A program made the position numbers and the translations under genes. A stretch of 55,964 nucleotides of DNA, filler included, from Sphacelaria rigidula (taxonomy: Eukaryota), in NCBI GenBank assembly GCA_964200075.2. It is 4 parts of 4 records of this genome, joined end to end, with 100 filler letters (N's around TTAATTAATTAA, not from the genome) between each part and the next. Parts side by side here need not be neighbours in the genome. Positions count along the whole stretch, not along the records: positions 1 to 13,918 come from CAXNAA020002588.1; 3 more parts are not named here. One strand, 5' to 3'. How positions within the stretch are numbered: position 1 is the first letter of the stretch; every line of letters begins with the position of its first letter. Under the pieces are notes generated by a model. It was not told the origin of the DNA. It did no database searches and saw nothing but the letters and a program-made list of their open reading frames with translations. Below, one piece after another: positions 1 through 11,899 of this stretch.

Positions 1-152
1 GTTCGGGTCTGGTCGATGAATTTCGCCTCCCTGTGATTGGGTAGGTCGCTCGAAGATTTATTTTTTATTATTCGACTAACACAGGGTCAACCCTGGGTTA
101 GTGGGGGTCCGGTCCCAAAAGGGTTATTCAACCCGAGCGGCAGCAGTTCCCG

Positions 153-460
153 CTGAGTTATTCCGCATAACTCATTCAGTGAAATAAAGGTACTGTTGAG
201 TTTTAGCATATAACTAACCCATCTAGTGAGAAAATGTACCACTGAGTTATACCGTACACCTCATTTAGTGGGAAAAGGTTCCACTGAGTTATACCGTGTA
301 ACTTAGCCAGTCAAAAAAGGTACCGCTGAGTTATACCGTATACCTCATCGAGTGGGAGAAGATACCCCCGAGCTATTCCGTACAACTCATCCAGTGGAGA
401 AAGGTACTGCTGAGTTATACCGTATACCTCAGCCAGTGGAATAGGTACCGCCGAGTTACA
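153..460. repeat. Degenerate tandem repeat, ~42-bp unit, about 8 copies
   Basis: YYGAG(T/C)T-containing unit (consensus about CTGAGTTATACCGTAYACCTCANNNAGTGGRAAAAGGTACCR) starts at 153, 196, 242, 284, 326, 368, 410 and 451. Confidence 0.9.
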
Positions 461-1049
461 CAAAAATGAGTTAACTCGACTTGAGACTGGTTAATTTGTC
501 CGACATGTAGAAGTTTGAAACCCTTGAAGCGCAAAACTTCGTTTGGTCGTGATTACTCTGGCCGATAGTCTCGTGGAACATGTCATTGGAGGCTGTTCTT
601 GAAGGTGTTCAGGTAATACGATAACCATCCTGAGATGAAAATGATCCTAGATCGACTTTCGGCTCTTAAGCGATAAACAAGCATAATATTGCTTAACGTG
701 CGTGCTGTACCGCATTTTCCCGGCCGTAGTGTTGGATGACGGTGCGGCCGCGGGCTTGACGTTGTGTGCGAAGAGCATGGCCTCCAGAATTAGATTTTAT
801 CATGGGTAAGCGCTACCAAGGCAGGATGCATGTGCAAACAGTACAGTCTGTAGCTTGGTGTGGGCCAATAGGCGGTACAGTACGGTACGGGTGAGGTCAG
901 TACAGTGTGCTTGTGGTTGACTGCGTGACTTGTGGGTGTCCGATGTTTGACTTATTTGGGACTGACTAACGCTGTGTTCACAAGACCAGAGACCTTGCCA
1001 AGAGCACCAAATCCTGTTGCTTCACCGCCCAAGCAAGGAGCCACAGCAC

Positions 1050-1800
1050 CACAATTCTTGTAGATAGCCACTGCCTACAACTCGGCTGCAGCAGTATTCA
1101 ATATACGTTGACAGGGCGCGCCGTCTGTCCGTCACGGTAGGGATGTCATAACTAACAAGCGCGTAACAAGTAAAATAGCCGCAGTATCAAGTAACACTGA
1201 GAACTTCTCGACTTGATTCTACACAAACGCACACTTTCCCCCGACATTTTGCATAGTACACGGTGTTGTCCCACAAGTTGTTCAGAGGTTCCGTCTTGTA
1301 GAGACAATATTGAGATTTGTTACTGGCGGTTCAAGTAAACTCTCTTAATCCTGATTGATGAAAGGCAGTTGTCCCATAATCAGCGCACCTCAAAGTTGCT
1401 CTGCTAAAGTGCATATAATGGGTTTCGAGGCTTGTTCAAGAAGGCGTTTGCCGCCGGATTGGGGACGGGGGAATACCGCAGTAGAAAGAAGTGGATGAGT
1501 TCCATGTTGGTCATGTGGCCAATGTACCTCCGCACCGTACATTAGGTCTCCATCTAACTGTAGCATATTGGCGGCCTCGTCATGGTTGGAATAACACGTC
1601 TTTACTGCAGGGTCGCTCCGGCAAGTTGCATACCAAACATGGCGCCGTAACGCCGCATCAACTCTAATTATCTTGTCGGGCACGTACAAATGCCTACCTT
1701 GAACAATGAAACTTATTAGGCTGATGCGTTGGTTGCGTGTAGATCTGTCCTCATTTTGGCACCACTTGATGGAGGTGCCACGAATACTACATGTAGAACG
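1050..1800 (-). pseudogene. Highly decayed Ty1/copia reverse transcriptase/RNase H relic (tentative)
   Basis: Minus-strand translation gives copia-like motif ghosts in the expected order: KWC..FIVQG (cf. KWV..RLVAQG), RHVWYAT (cf. RxWY), RSDPAV (cf. SDPC), DRRR (cf. DRRS), NTAAAEL (cf. STxEAEY). All matches are weak. Confidence 0.3.
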
Positions 1801-3294
1801 CAACAAACCGAGGTCCCTGCAGCACCCCCTGTACAAGCGTTTCGGCCCCGATGAGTGGCGTGGGATTGGTGTATCTTCACGTGCCTGCGTGCCTGCAGCG
1901 AGGTAGCATAACGAGGAATGGTCATTGAACCTTGATTCCGTTCCGACTCTACTCTCGCTCGTCGTTTTGCTTGCAACTGTTGCATGCTGCTTGGAGAGCG
2001 GTGTGCGCTGATGCTGTTGATGTCTCTCGATGCCTGTCATGCCGCCTTTCTCCCCTCTCCCTCCTCCCGCTTGATGCATCATCGATACGAAACAACCTTC
2101 AAGCACACCTGGAATGAAGGGAACGGGATAGTACCCTCGAGATGAATCGTTCCATCTAGTCGATCTATACTTTCCCGCCGGGGTTAACACGGCTCTTCAC
2201 TGGGCTGCACTAAACTACACTATATTACGAAGGCCTCGTGCATAGACGTACATGGCATATTTCCGTAACACAGTGTCCGGCGTCAGCAGGTCTTACTCCG
2301 GAAAATCCTGCCAGGAGGCATGGCCGAATGCAAGGAATAGGGACCGAAGACCAGGGAGTAATAAGTAACGCAAGGCCGCCGATGGTATTCACACTGGATC
2401 GCTGGCATGAAATTGCCCGTAAAAGATTCACATGAAGTAGTGTAAGATATCTTAACGAACTGCTGCTCCATTGTGATGTGATACATCATGGTGCATTACC
2501 TCGCTAAAGTTGCTCAGTTGTGCTGTAGTATATTGCATCATTATCTTCCGCTGTACTATACGGCAAGATATCATACTGTACTGCATAGTCTGTTGCTGTT
2601 CTGTACCGTATGCTATCCTGTGCCGCGTGCTTGTGTTCTACGGCTTTGTTCGACAATCGATCAATGTGTACTCATTCATATCCCCTGTGCTGTGCGTATA
2701 ACCGGGTGGCATAGTCACATGAGGCTTGGCATACAAAACATCCGACTGCTGCTATGACTCAAAACATAATACGACTCTACACTCTGCCAAGATGAAACTC
2801 TTTTCCGTATCATGGAATACATCACGCCAAACACTACAGTGCACGATAGGTCGAGAACACGACAACACAGGCAAAACACACCGCCATAGTTGAAAGCCCT
2901 GAGTGGCTGGCGGAAACAGTAATCCTCAAGAGATAGCTTGCGAAACGGCACGAGTCAGGCGTTGACTGCTCCTGACATGTTTTGTTTTCATCTATATTTG
3001 ACCGTATCGATCTATCATCTAGAGCAGATACATTGTTTATGACACATCAAAATTCGTGCCTCACGGAAGGAAGGCCACCCATTGCATGACTTGCGCGGGG
3101 ACACTATGATACATCAGTACTTGAGGCAAGACTCTACACTACGCGCGATGCATTCAGCAAGAGACTGGAGGGCTGACCGACCGTACTCGCAATCGTTGAT
3201 GACTTTAGTCGCGTTTCACTGGTGTCAGCGCCCATTATTCGTTCTTCACATTCGAAACGGCACAATAATATCCTCACGATCTTGGCGCTCACAG

Positions 3295-3384
3295 GTGATT
3301 TTGTGGGACAAGGTGATCGAGAGCGCCGACGAGGCGCACCTTATTGAAGAAGATGTAACAATCAAGTACAGTCTGATTGATGAG
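3295..3384 (+). CDS. SPCS3: Internal exon of signal peptidase complex subunit SPC22/23 (SPCS3/Spc3)
   Basis: ctcacag| acceptor and |gtgagt donor bound a 90-bp phase-0 exon encoding VILWDKVIESADEAHLIEEDVTIKYSLIDE. This matches the family signature V(V/S)LWDKII...KYxxxD. Flanking exons were not located in the window. Confidence 0.8.
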
Positions 3385-4149
3385 GTGAGTTGATCCTGGT
3401 TTATTCGTGCGTCACATTTTAGATTGGGTTGCTAGTATTCGATGCTTTTTGGTGGCAGACATTATGTGTGGGTTCTGCTCATCACATGTTGCCACCTGCA
3501 TTACTTCGCATGTTCCAGTGTGGGAAGAAGCGGATTCTCGAGCAATATTCGAGCCGCAGTGTATGCCAGAATCCTAATTTGAGCATAGTCTCTGCCGTTC
3601 AGGACCTTAGTTTTCCTTTTCTTTGTTGGTTTTCCGAGCAGAACCGATGCTACATCTATATTAGCGTTTTTTCTTCACCTCTTCCCTACAGCCCCTTCCA
3701 CTTCGTTTCCCCTCTATATTTTCGTATGTGTGTGAGTGGTTTTGTTTTTCATTTTCCCCTTTCCCGAGCTTGGTCTACTATACCGAATTTTCCCGTTTGT
3801 ATCTATTAATAGCTGGCCTTGGATGCCACCATCTTGTGACCACGACTGTATTTCCCTGTATTCACGGGAGATCAGTTTATGTGTGACGATCAAGCCATCA
3901 ATCGAACACCCAAGACACAGTATTGTAAAACCACATGCCGAACACCGCTTCCCAACGTCCTTGTTTAGCCCACCTGCGCACACAATCAAAGGAATGCCGA
4001 TGCTGGTTGCCAATACGTACGTGTACTGTATGTTTCCCCATTTGCAAGTGTAGCTAGACCGAACGAGATATGCGATGTTTTCCACGGAAAACGGTTATGT
4101 CAAGGTATACCTGGCCTATTTCGGAGGTTTCCAGTACAGCGCCGGTAGC

Positions 4150-4770
4150 AATATAAGCATCCCCAAATACGGTCGTCTCATTGGCCGAGACGGCAAGATT
4201 CTTGCTGATCATGGTAGCTAACCCAACAGGTGTACCTGAGATTGTCTGTCCTTTTCCGCAGCTGTACCTGAACCTCGTGGAGTATCTGGGAGTGGCGAGC
4301 ACATGCACCGCAATTCAACTCGACGATGTGACGATGCAATCGGCAGTGAGCCTCCTTTCAGGGCTCCTTGAACTCCGCAAATAAGCCAACAGGATTTCAG
4401 TTCACGATGTGCGATGAACACCTCAGGTACATGGAGGCAGCAAAATGGGTTCCTTGACGCGCACGCCTCGTTCTCCCTACATCCAAAGAGCTCCTGTTGC
4501 ATTATTCCGCGTACGTTTGCTTCTCCGTAGATGCGAAAAAGCTTGCGTTGCCTCTTTGCTGCCCTTGTCCGATCTGACTGGACGTGGGCAGTACGGTTAG
4601 GGGTTGTGATACTCCCCAAGTGTTGACTACCTGTACAGTGACACCACGTGACTCATGTTGGATCTGATTGTGTGAGTTTTACAGTTGCTGTATGGTGACG
4701 TGAGACCCCAGATCTCGGTGCCACCTGTGCAGTGACACCAGGTGACACTACCGACTGCACATGGAGGATA
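4150..4770. repeat. Arm A of an inverted, diverged duplication of an unidentified TE relic
   Basis: 4560-4660 (GATCTGACTGGACGTGGGCAGTACGGTTAG...ACCTGTACAGTGACACC) is the reverse complement of 5463-5560. Similarity continues outward, e.g. 4230-4330 vs 5815-5925. Confidence 0.75.
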
Positions 4771-4901
4771 TGAGGCTCACGGATCAAGAATAATCTTAGT
4801 GTATGCACCGCACGGATATTGGCTTGCATTGAATCATTCGGATTGTTAGGGGCAACCGGCTTGGGGAAGTAATCCGTGTTTGGCGTGTGTATCCGTCGAC
4901 A

Positions 4902-5200
4902 CCGGTCGCCCCGGTGGCTCAGTTGGTAACTTCGAAACCTTGAGACGGTTGGCTCGTAGGTTCGAGTGTCGGGACGTCACACGATCTGGGACTTTCTCTC
5001 ACACCATGCCCAAGCGTGGAGAGCGACTATGTCGTGGGTACACGGCTTTCGACTTCACGGTCGATGAAGGAAAAGGACCGCTGAACCCCTCTAGTGATGA
5101 AAAGAGGGCAAGCACCGCAGAAGGAAGATGGAGTGCTTAAAAAAAAAAAAACTGTGTTGACCTTCCTCCTGTGTGACCCCGGCTGATGTGCCTACATATA
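4902..5200 (+). mobile_element. tRNA-derived SINE, copy 1
   Basis: Pol III A box TGGCTCAGTTGG and B box GGTTCGAG. Body (GTCACACGATCTG..CACACCATG..GGACCGCTGAACCCCTCT) and tail (CTGTGTTGACCTTCCTCCTGTGTGACCCCGGCTG) are shared with three other copies. Confidence 0.85.
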
Positions 5201-5389
5201 CCGAAAGGTGTGGGCTGGCGTCCAGAATAGATGGGATGATAACAAAACACAACACATCCGTTCAATTCCCGGCGGAGTGCTTTGCACTTTACGGCACCAC
5301 TTTACGGCACCAACATGCATTCGGTGCCATTAGTAGTAGTACATTGGTACTATTGTAACGTAAATGGATATTAATGTAGATGGAGAGTA

Positions 5390-6000
5390 TGACGTGGTGT
5401 CACCGTACAGGTGGTGGTTTCTCTGACAGTCTCCGCGCAGTGTCAATGTTGAGTGAAATCAAACATGAGTCCCTTGGTGTCACTGTACAGGTAGTTAGTC
5501 ATCAGTTGGGAAGTATCACAGTCTCTAACCGTGCTGCCCACGTCCAGTCAGATTGGACATTGGCAACAAAGAGGCAACGGAAACGTTGCATTTACGGAGA
5601 AGCATACTTACGCGAGGAATATGCAGCAGGAGCGGCTTTTTACATTTGCGGGGAATGAAGCGTCCGCGTCGAGGAGCTTATTCTGCTGCCGCTATGCATC
5701 CGCGGTGTTTACCGCAAATCGTTGTGAATTGAAATTCGGTAGTTGTGGTCATCGCACCTACGGAGTTCGAAACGTTTCCCACCAAGCGGTCGAAGAAATG
5801 TCCGCAGCGGGCGTTGTCACATTTGTCGAGCTGAATTCCGGCACCTTTCGCTCGCCCCTCCGAGGTACTCTTCGAGGTTGAGGTGCAACCGTTGGCAAAG
5901 GCGAACAATCTCAGGTGCACCTGCTGTGGTTTCACTGTTATGTTCAGCGGGAATCCTGCCCGTCGTGGCCAATCAATCACCTCATCATACTCGGGGCATT
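5390..6000. repeat. Arm B of the inverted duplication
   Basis: Reverse-complement similarity to 4150-4770. The outer boundary is uncertain. Confidence 0.7.
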
Positions 6001-8149
6001 CTTTGGGCAGTCTACAGTGTTGCCGCGGTTTACCTGAAAGTCAACATCGTCTTCCTTGTCTGGAAAACGAGAGGATGCAGGAAAGTAATCTCTGTCCCCA
6101 TCCAAGGAAACGTACAATCGAAAATCCTCGTATCCACACCATCCCAGAAATGGCTGAAACTATGCCTGACTCAAAAACGCTGCAGACGGTACGCTGTCGC
6201 CAAACCAGTACCGCTACCTCCGCACGACTGAGAGGGAGGGAAGTAGTGAAGTTTTTTCTGGGCGTCTCGGTCGAGTTTTGGCATCCGTCTTGCACCGTTG
6301 CCGGAGATTGTTCTACTCTCGACTGAAAACTGCCCCGTGGAAGCAAAATCGAATCTGGCACGTCTTCGCTGTTGTCAGAACTTTCGGTGGTCGCGGAGCG
6401 GCGGGCAGCTTCCCAAGCTCGCAGCAGTCGCTGGGTTCTTGTCTTCCAACAAAGGCAACTATATTCACCAACAAAGGCAACTTTATTAAGTAGACACGAA
6501 GTATCGTGTTGGATTCATATTTCGTGCAGAGGTTGCGGTTCCAAGAGGAACACCAACCAAGTACCGGTCGTCATATGGTGTGTGTAAGATCGGTGATTTT
6601 TTTCAAGATGTTTCACTTGGTTTACACAAGGAAAAGAGCGCACGCGTAATCCGTAGACGCAACCAACACACTGACACCCGCCCACCCATCGAACACTGAA
6701 CTGTGTCGGTTTGTGCACTCCGTCTCGTCGCCGTCAAGAAGTCGATGGCGTGCGTTGGCACCGTACGGTGTTTCCAATCGAACCGTTCACCTTCGTTGTA
6801 GTCCCCTGTGAAAATACCGCACCTGGTGAAGTAGAAGGATTCGGTGAAAGGACGAGTACCAACGCGCAACAAACACTCCTCTTTTTACGTCCAAAGTTAC
6901 GATTTGTTGAGCTAACTCAGATATTATAAAATAAATAAGTCACCTTGACATCTAAGGTATGCTCAATTTGTTTATCCGCAATTTTCTGTTCCAAGCACAC
7001 CCTTTGGTTTGATCCACACATATCCCCAGTACGCAGTGTTGCGAGGGATGAACCCGTTCCTGCATGGTCGGTCTTGGTCCAAACGAGCTCATTTTTTTTT
7101 CCTTGACTGAATGAGGAAACCCAACCCAACACTTACCCGGCAAGCGAGTTTTGCAAGCGAGTACGTGTGCCCATTACCAGAAGGCTTGGCTAGACCACCT
7201 CGCGGTGGTCATGTAGGGAAGGGGCCTCGAGCGGTGGCTCAAGGCAGTGTGGGGGATGCTCCCACTGAAACCCCTTATCAACTTGGCGCAGTGCACGCGC
7301 CGCCCTGCTCTTGAAAGCTTCGACCCTAGGTGAACGGGCTATGATCGGCTCATGTCCCCTGCATCGCCAGCTACACTACGCAGCTTTCCGGTTCAAGTGT
7401 GCACTACACGTGAAGTATCGTAGTCGAGCAATCGGGCGTTAACCCGTTGACTGCCAGGAGAGGTCATCCGTGTGGGTGTTGTGGTACTCTTTCAAGTGAG
7501 AGTATCAGGAATCATGCCCAAAACTCACTCACAACTAAGTTTAATTTGATGCTCCGAGCGCCTGACAACTGACTACTTCCCCATCTTTTTAACCTGGGGG
7601 TGCGGATTTGTTTTGATGGAGGAACAATGCCTACATGACAAATAACATTGCCACACACATGTCCACACTCTGAACAGCACAATATTTAGTATCTACTGCC
7701 CGCTCAATATGTCGACGCGTCGCTTATTCGATAAATATTGGCCGAGCAGTATAATGGCACGAGACACAGGTAAATATATGTATACGTCGTATATATTATG
7801 TCATCCAAATGTCGAGGCTCGCGACGTGCAATATATGTTGACCGAACAATATATCATGACACGCGCCACCTCAATATCTATTGGCCTAGTAATATGTTGG
7901 TGCGGTAAGGCGCCAATATATATTTGTCGAGTAGCATATTGGTCGCCACACGAGGTCAATGTATAAAGTATGGTGGGTACTTTTGTATTCGCGGACGCCG
8001 TTGGAAGATGTTTAATCAGATCCCGAAAACGGTCAATATATTCCTTCTCGAGCGTGTCCGACATATTTTGGATGCACAAATGCTACGCGATGAGCGTGCG
8101 CAATATATATAACAAATTACATTTAATCTTTTTCTTCGTTGACGAGCCC

Positions 8150-8600
8150 TGCAGACAGGTGCACTTTTTTCACCTGTTTTTAGAGTACGGCGGAACGGGA
8201 TCATTTCGTCGTTCCCAGAAGCTCTGAGAGGCCAGCATTTGCTCTCACTTGATTTTAGACTATGGCGAAACGGTGTCGTTCGGTCGTTCCCAGAAGCTCA
8301 GAGAGGCGAGCATTTGCTCTTACTTGATTTTGAGTACAGCGAAACAGGGTCATTCCGGTCTCTCAAGCTCTGACAAGGCAGCATTACATGATTCCCCTTC
8401 AGGAGGTTTTGGGAGCATCGCTTCCCCGGCAGTGTTCTGCATGGCGTTTTCCTTTTTTTTTCCTAACCGTGGCGATGGAGCCTTCGTACGTTCATCTCAC
8501 ACCGCATACAGGCCTGTTAGAATCGTTTCCAGAAGCTCTGAGACAGGTGCACTTTTCTCACTGGCTTTTAGAATACGGGGAAACGGGGTCTCTTTGCGAC
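8150..8600. repeat. Degenerate ~75-bp tandem repeat
   Basis: GTTYCCAGAAGCTC(T/A)GAGA...CATTTGCTCTYACTTGATTTT recurs at about 8211 and 8286, partially at 8365, and again at 8526. Confidence 0.75.
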
Positions 8601-8906
8601 CCTTTGACCGTCGGAGATGCCACCTCTTACCCTATACAGGTCCCGCATTCCTTCTTGGAACCGGTATCGTTTTCACTTGAAAATTGAATCGGAATCATGC
8701 TCAGTTGGATGGGCTGTGCGGGACGACTCTCCGTCCAATCTCGGCGCACACGGGGAACATGTTGCCCGCATGTCGCGTCGTCTCGACTGTACTTCCCTTT
8801 TCCTGTCTCTGGACTGCTGTTGTTGTTGCCGCTGCTTCTACTCTGCATACATGCGTTGTTTTGGTCATGGGGTCCCGGGCTCTATTTTTCACATTTTAGT
8901 CGGCAG

Positions 8907-9162
8907 ACGGTCGATCTGGTGGCTCAGTTAGTAACCCCCCAACCTTACGGCGGTTGGGTCGTCGGTTCGAACCTCAGTGCAGTCACACGATCTGGAATTT
9001 TATCTCACACCATGTTCAACAGTGGACAACTACAGTATGTCGTGAGTAGACAAAATTCGGTTTCACGGTCGACGAGCGAAAGGGACCGCTGAACCCCTCT
9101 CGCGATGAAAAAGTAAGGCGACCACCACAGAATTTCCTGTGTTGACCTCCTTCTGTGTTACA
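8907..9162 (+). mobile_element. tRNA-derived SINE, copy 2
   Basis: TGGCTCAGTTAG A box, GGTTCGAACC B box, and the same body and tail as 4902-5200. Confidence 0.85.
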
Positions 9163-9231
9163 CGTGACGCACACCACTATCATGCATGAATATCACATGG
9201 TCTCGACTTCACTTCATTTGTACTGTTCGAA

Positions 9232-9391
9232 CCCTTTTGGGACCGGGATACCAGAAATATATGGTTTGCACGCAGCGGCGTTTCCATGAATCGGCAATAT
9301 TTTTAGTTGGAAACGATTAAAAATGATGTCGATTCATACGAAGGCCCCTGCGTGCAAACCACATGTTTTTGGGAATTCGGTCCCAAAAGGG
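9232..9391. mobile_element. 160-bp piggyBac-like fold-back MITE
   Basis: Perfect 14-bp TIR CCCTTTTGGGACCG / CGGTCCCAAAAGGG. TTAA lies on the right and CGAA on the left. Imperfect inverted symmetry extends to the centre (TGGTTTGCACGCAG / CTGCGTGCAAACCA). An identical right end occurs at 110-123. Confidence 0.8.
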
Positions 9392-10999
9392 TTAATCCTT
9401 TGACCGGTAGGGTAGGTCATCTGGACCACGCTGTAATTTGTGAAGTCCAAGTAACTGATGCCGATTTATCAACAGATAACCTATCATGGCGGTCAAATGG
9501 TCAAATTCGTTGCCACTATATGGGTTCTTGGTTTGCGGGGGCGGTCAGTTCCTCAGGTTCACTTGTGATTGTGATGCGTTGTGTTGAGCCTTCGTACGTA
9601 CTCATCATCCATGTTGCTCTTCGGGCTGAAAACGAAACAAGATAAGTTTTTTTTTGTGAAATCAGCATCGATCTTACATGAAAATCGAACCGGCATCATG
9701 CTCATGAAACAATCAGAAGACACGACAAAATTTTCCCGGCGCTTTCCATCAACCATTTGACGGGGAGAAAATGAGGTAATCTGTTGAAGTGGCATCAATT
9801 TCACTAAATAAAAGTATCCATGATCCAGATTTGCTACCGTGCTCAGCCCATGAGCTGCTGCGGCTTCTTCTCCAATTTACGCATGACCTTTGCCATTATA
9901 CAACGCACACAGCTATCACCGGTGCTCATGTACCTTGGCTGTCGATCCACTGATCGTGGCGACGAAGCCGCAGAAACTCTTGTATAGATATATTTGGAAG
10001 AACAATACCTTTGTGTTCCATATATATCATCGCAGCAATATGTTGTGGATCGCTTCGACTCAAAATGTTGAGACAGTTCAGTACATGTACGACTGGCATG
10101 AACAACATATGTTGAGTGTTGTATTCCCGGAGGAAGTGCTTGTCCAATACATATTGGCATTACTTGACGATCATGACACGAGAAATGTGTATAGTTGCTT
10201 CAAAGTGTCCGAGATCTCAACACAATCAATATATGTGGTGGGGACAATACTTGGGCTTTTCACAATATGAAGTGTTCGTATTATATTATAACATTGTATT
10301 ATCCAGGGTATAACCAACACAGCGCTGGTGACCAGCGGGGTACCAAATGGCGCATACGAGTATCGACCCGCGTTTCGGGCCGTCGTACTGTTTGACCAAC
10401 ATAATATATATATATACAAGGATCGGACGGGGCCACCTATCGACGGCCCCGTCCTCCACGAAAGGCGTGGAAAGGTATTATTTTAAATTGGGAGATGGTA
10501 AAGGTAATGACTCTTACCGAGAGGTTGAGCCAGAGATTCGACGTGTGTATCGGTCATGAAACTGTGCTATATGTGATGAGTAGAAAAATGAAGATCTGGC
10601 ATGGGTGCGGCATGATGGGTATTCAGGAACGCGAACGTTAAGAGCGCGAAATGGTGGATGAAACACCCTGAATTTTGTTTCAAGTATTGAAAGTGTGAAG
10701 AACGCGCAAGACCCGAATGTCTCCCAGACAGTGCGTTCTGATTTGAAAAAAAAACTGAAACATGGAGAAAAAATTGGATTCGTTCTCCAAAAGTAGGAGT
10801 TTGCTCAGAAGTTGATATTTTGCTTACGAAATTCGCTCCAACATATACCTATACAACATTCGACATTTCACGAAAAAAGCTTTAGTACTTGAGTAGACAA
10901 AAACGACGCGACTTCATATACTGTGGTGATGACGGACCATATGGATGAATATCCCCCGCGAGCAAAACGTGTGATGTGTGCGTTGTACAAATTTCGGTA

Positions 11000-11222
11000 T
11001 ATATATGTGGGCGCACCAGCCGGGGTCACACAGGAGGAAGGTATACAATGGAGCTTGTTCTTTTTATTGTTTGTTTTTAGTACCCCACCTTCCTTCTGCG
11101 GTGCTCGTCTTTATTTTTTATCGCGAGAGGGGTTCAGCAGTCCCTTTCCTTCGTCGACCGTAAAGTCGAATTTTGTGTACCCACGACATAGTCGCCCTCT
11201 ACTGTTGGGCATGGTGTGAGGG
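11000..11222 (-). mobile_element. tRNA-derived SINE, copy 3 (5'-truncated, no tRNA head)
   Basis: Reverse complement of the SINE tail and body (CAGCCGGGGTCACACAGGAGGAAGG...AGAGGGGTTCAGC...GGGCATGGTGTGAG). Confidence 0.85.
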
Positions 11223-11899
11223 GAAAACGTTTATCGTAAACAAAACTGCTTGCCAACAAATGCAGAAAGCCAAGACGGAAAAGTAAAGGCACACTAGGAA
11301 ACCTTCGCGAAATAACCGTTGTGGCTCCCCCAGAATGTATCTTTATTACGAAGAAGCAATGTATTTGTGTACAACCTGCAAGTCGAAATATCCCTCAACA
11401 TTTGCGTATCAACCCCCGGTTGTACAACGACAATGTACGAAGAAAGCTTAATCGAGGACGTCTTTTGACTCTGGCAACATCTCAGCACATCTACGAATAG
11501 CTCTGAAAGAATCACAGACATTACTGCTGAACATGAACTCTTGCTCACTATGACAAATAATAACTGAAAGCAAGACACAGCAGTAGGTCGTGGGAGTTGA
11601 CCGGAACGGAAAGCGGGTACTAACTACCCATGGAGACACATGTTGATAAACAGAAGGTGAAGGTTGGCGTTGACCATTCCTTCTGTTGTCGGAAGTGCGT
11701 CCTTGAGGAGAAGTAGGACATAATCGACGTGAGCTTCTCGTTTTTTCCTATCTTCGACTTTTGTGTGAAGGACAGGGAGAGCACACGCGCACGCGTACGC
11801 GTAATGTTTGACCCGTCCGTTAACGCATTTTTTTTACCTTTTCAAACGGAACACTGTGAAGAAAAAAATACGTTGGAACAACGGAAAACGAAAAATGTA

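Noticed and set aside
153..460. CRISPR-like array
   Set aside because: Whole units resemble each other with no unique spacers. The context is eukaryotic and there are no cas genes.
1390..2190. 266-aa ORF as a host gene
   Set aside because: Non-ATG start and no coherent domain. At best it overlaps a decayed copia pol.
4902..4985. Functional tRNA gene
   Set aside because: A/B boxes are present but there is no complete cloverleaf, and it is fused to a repeated SINE body.
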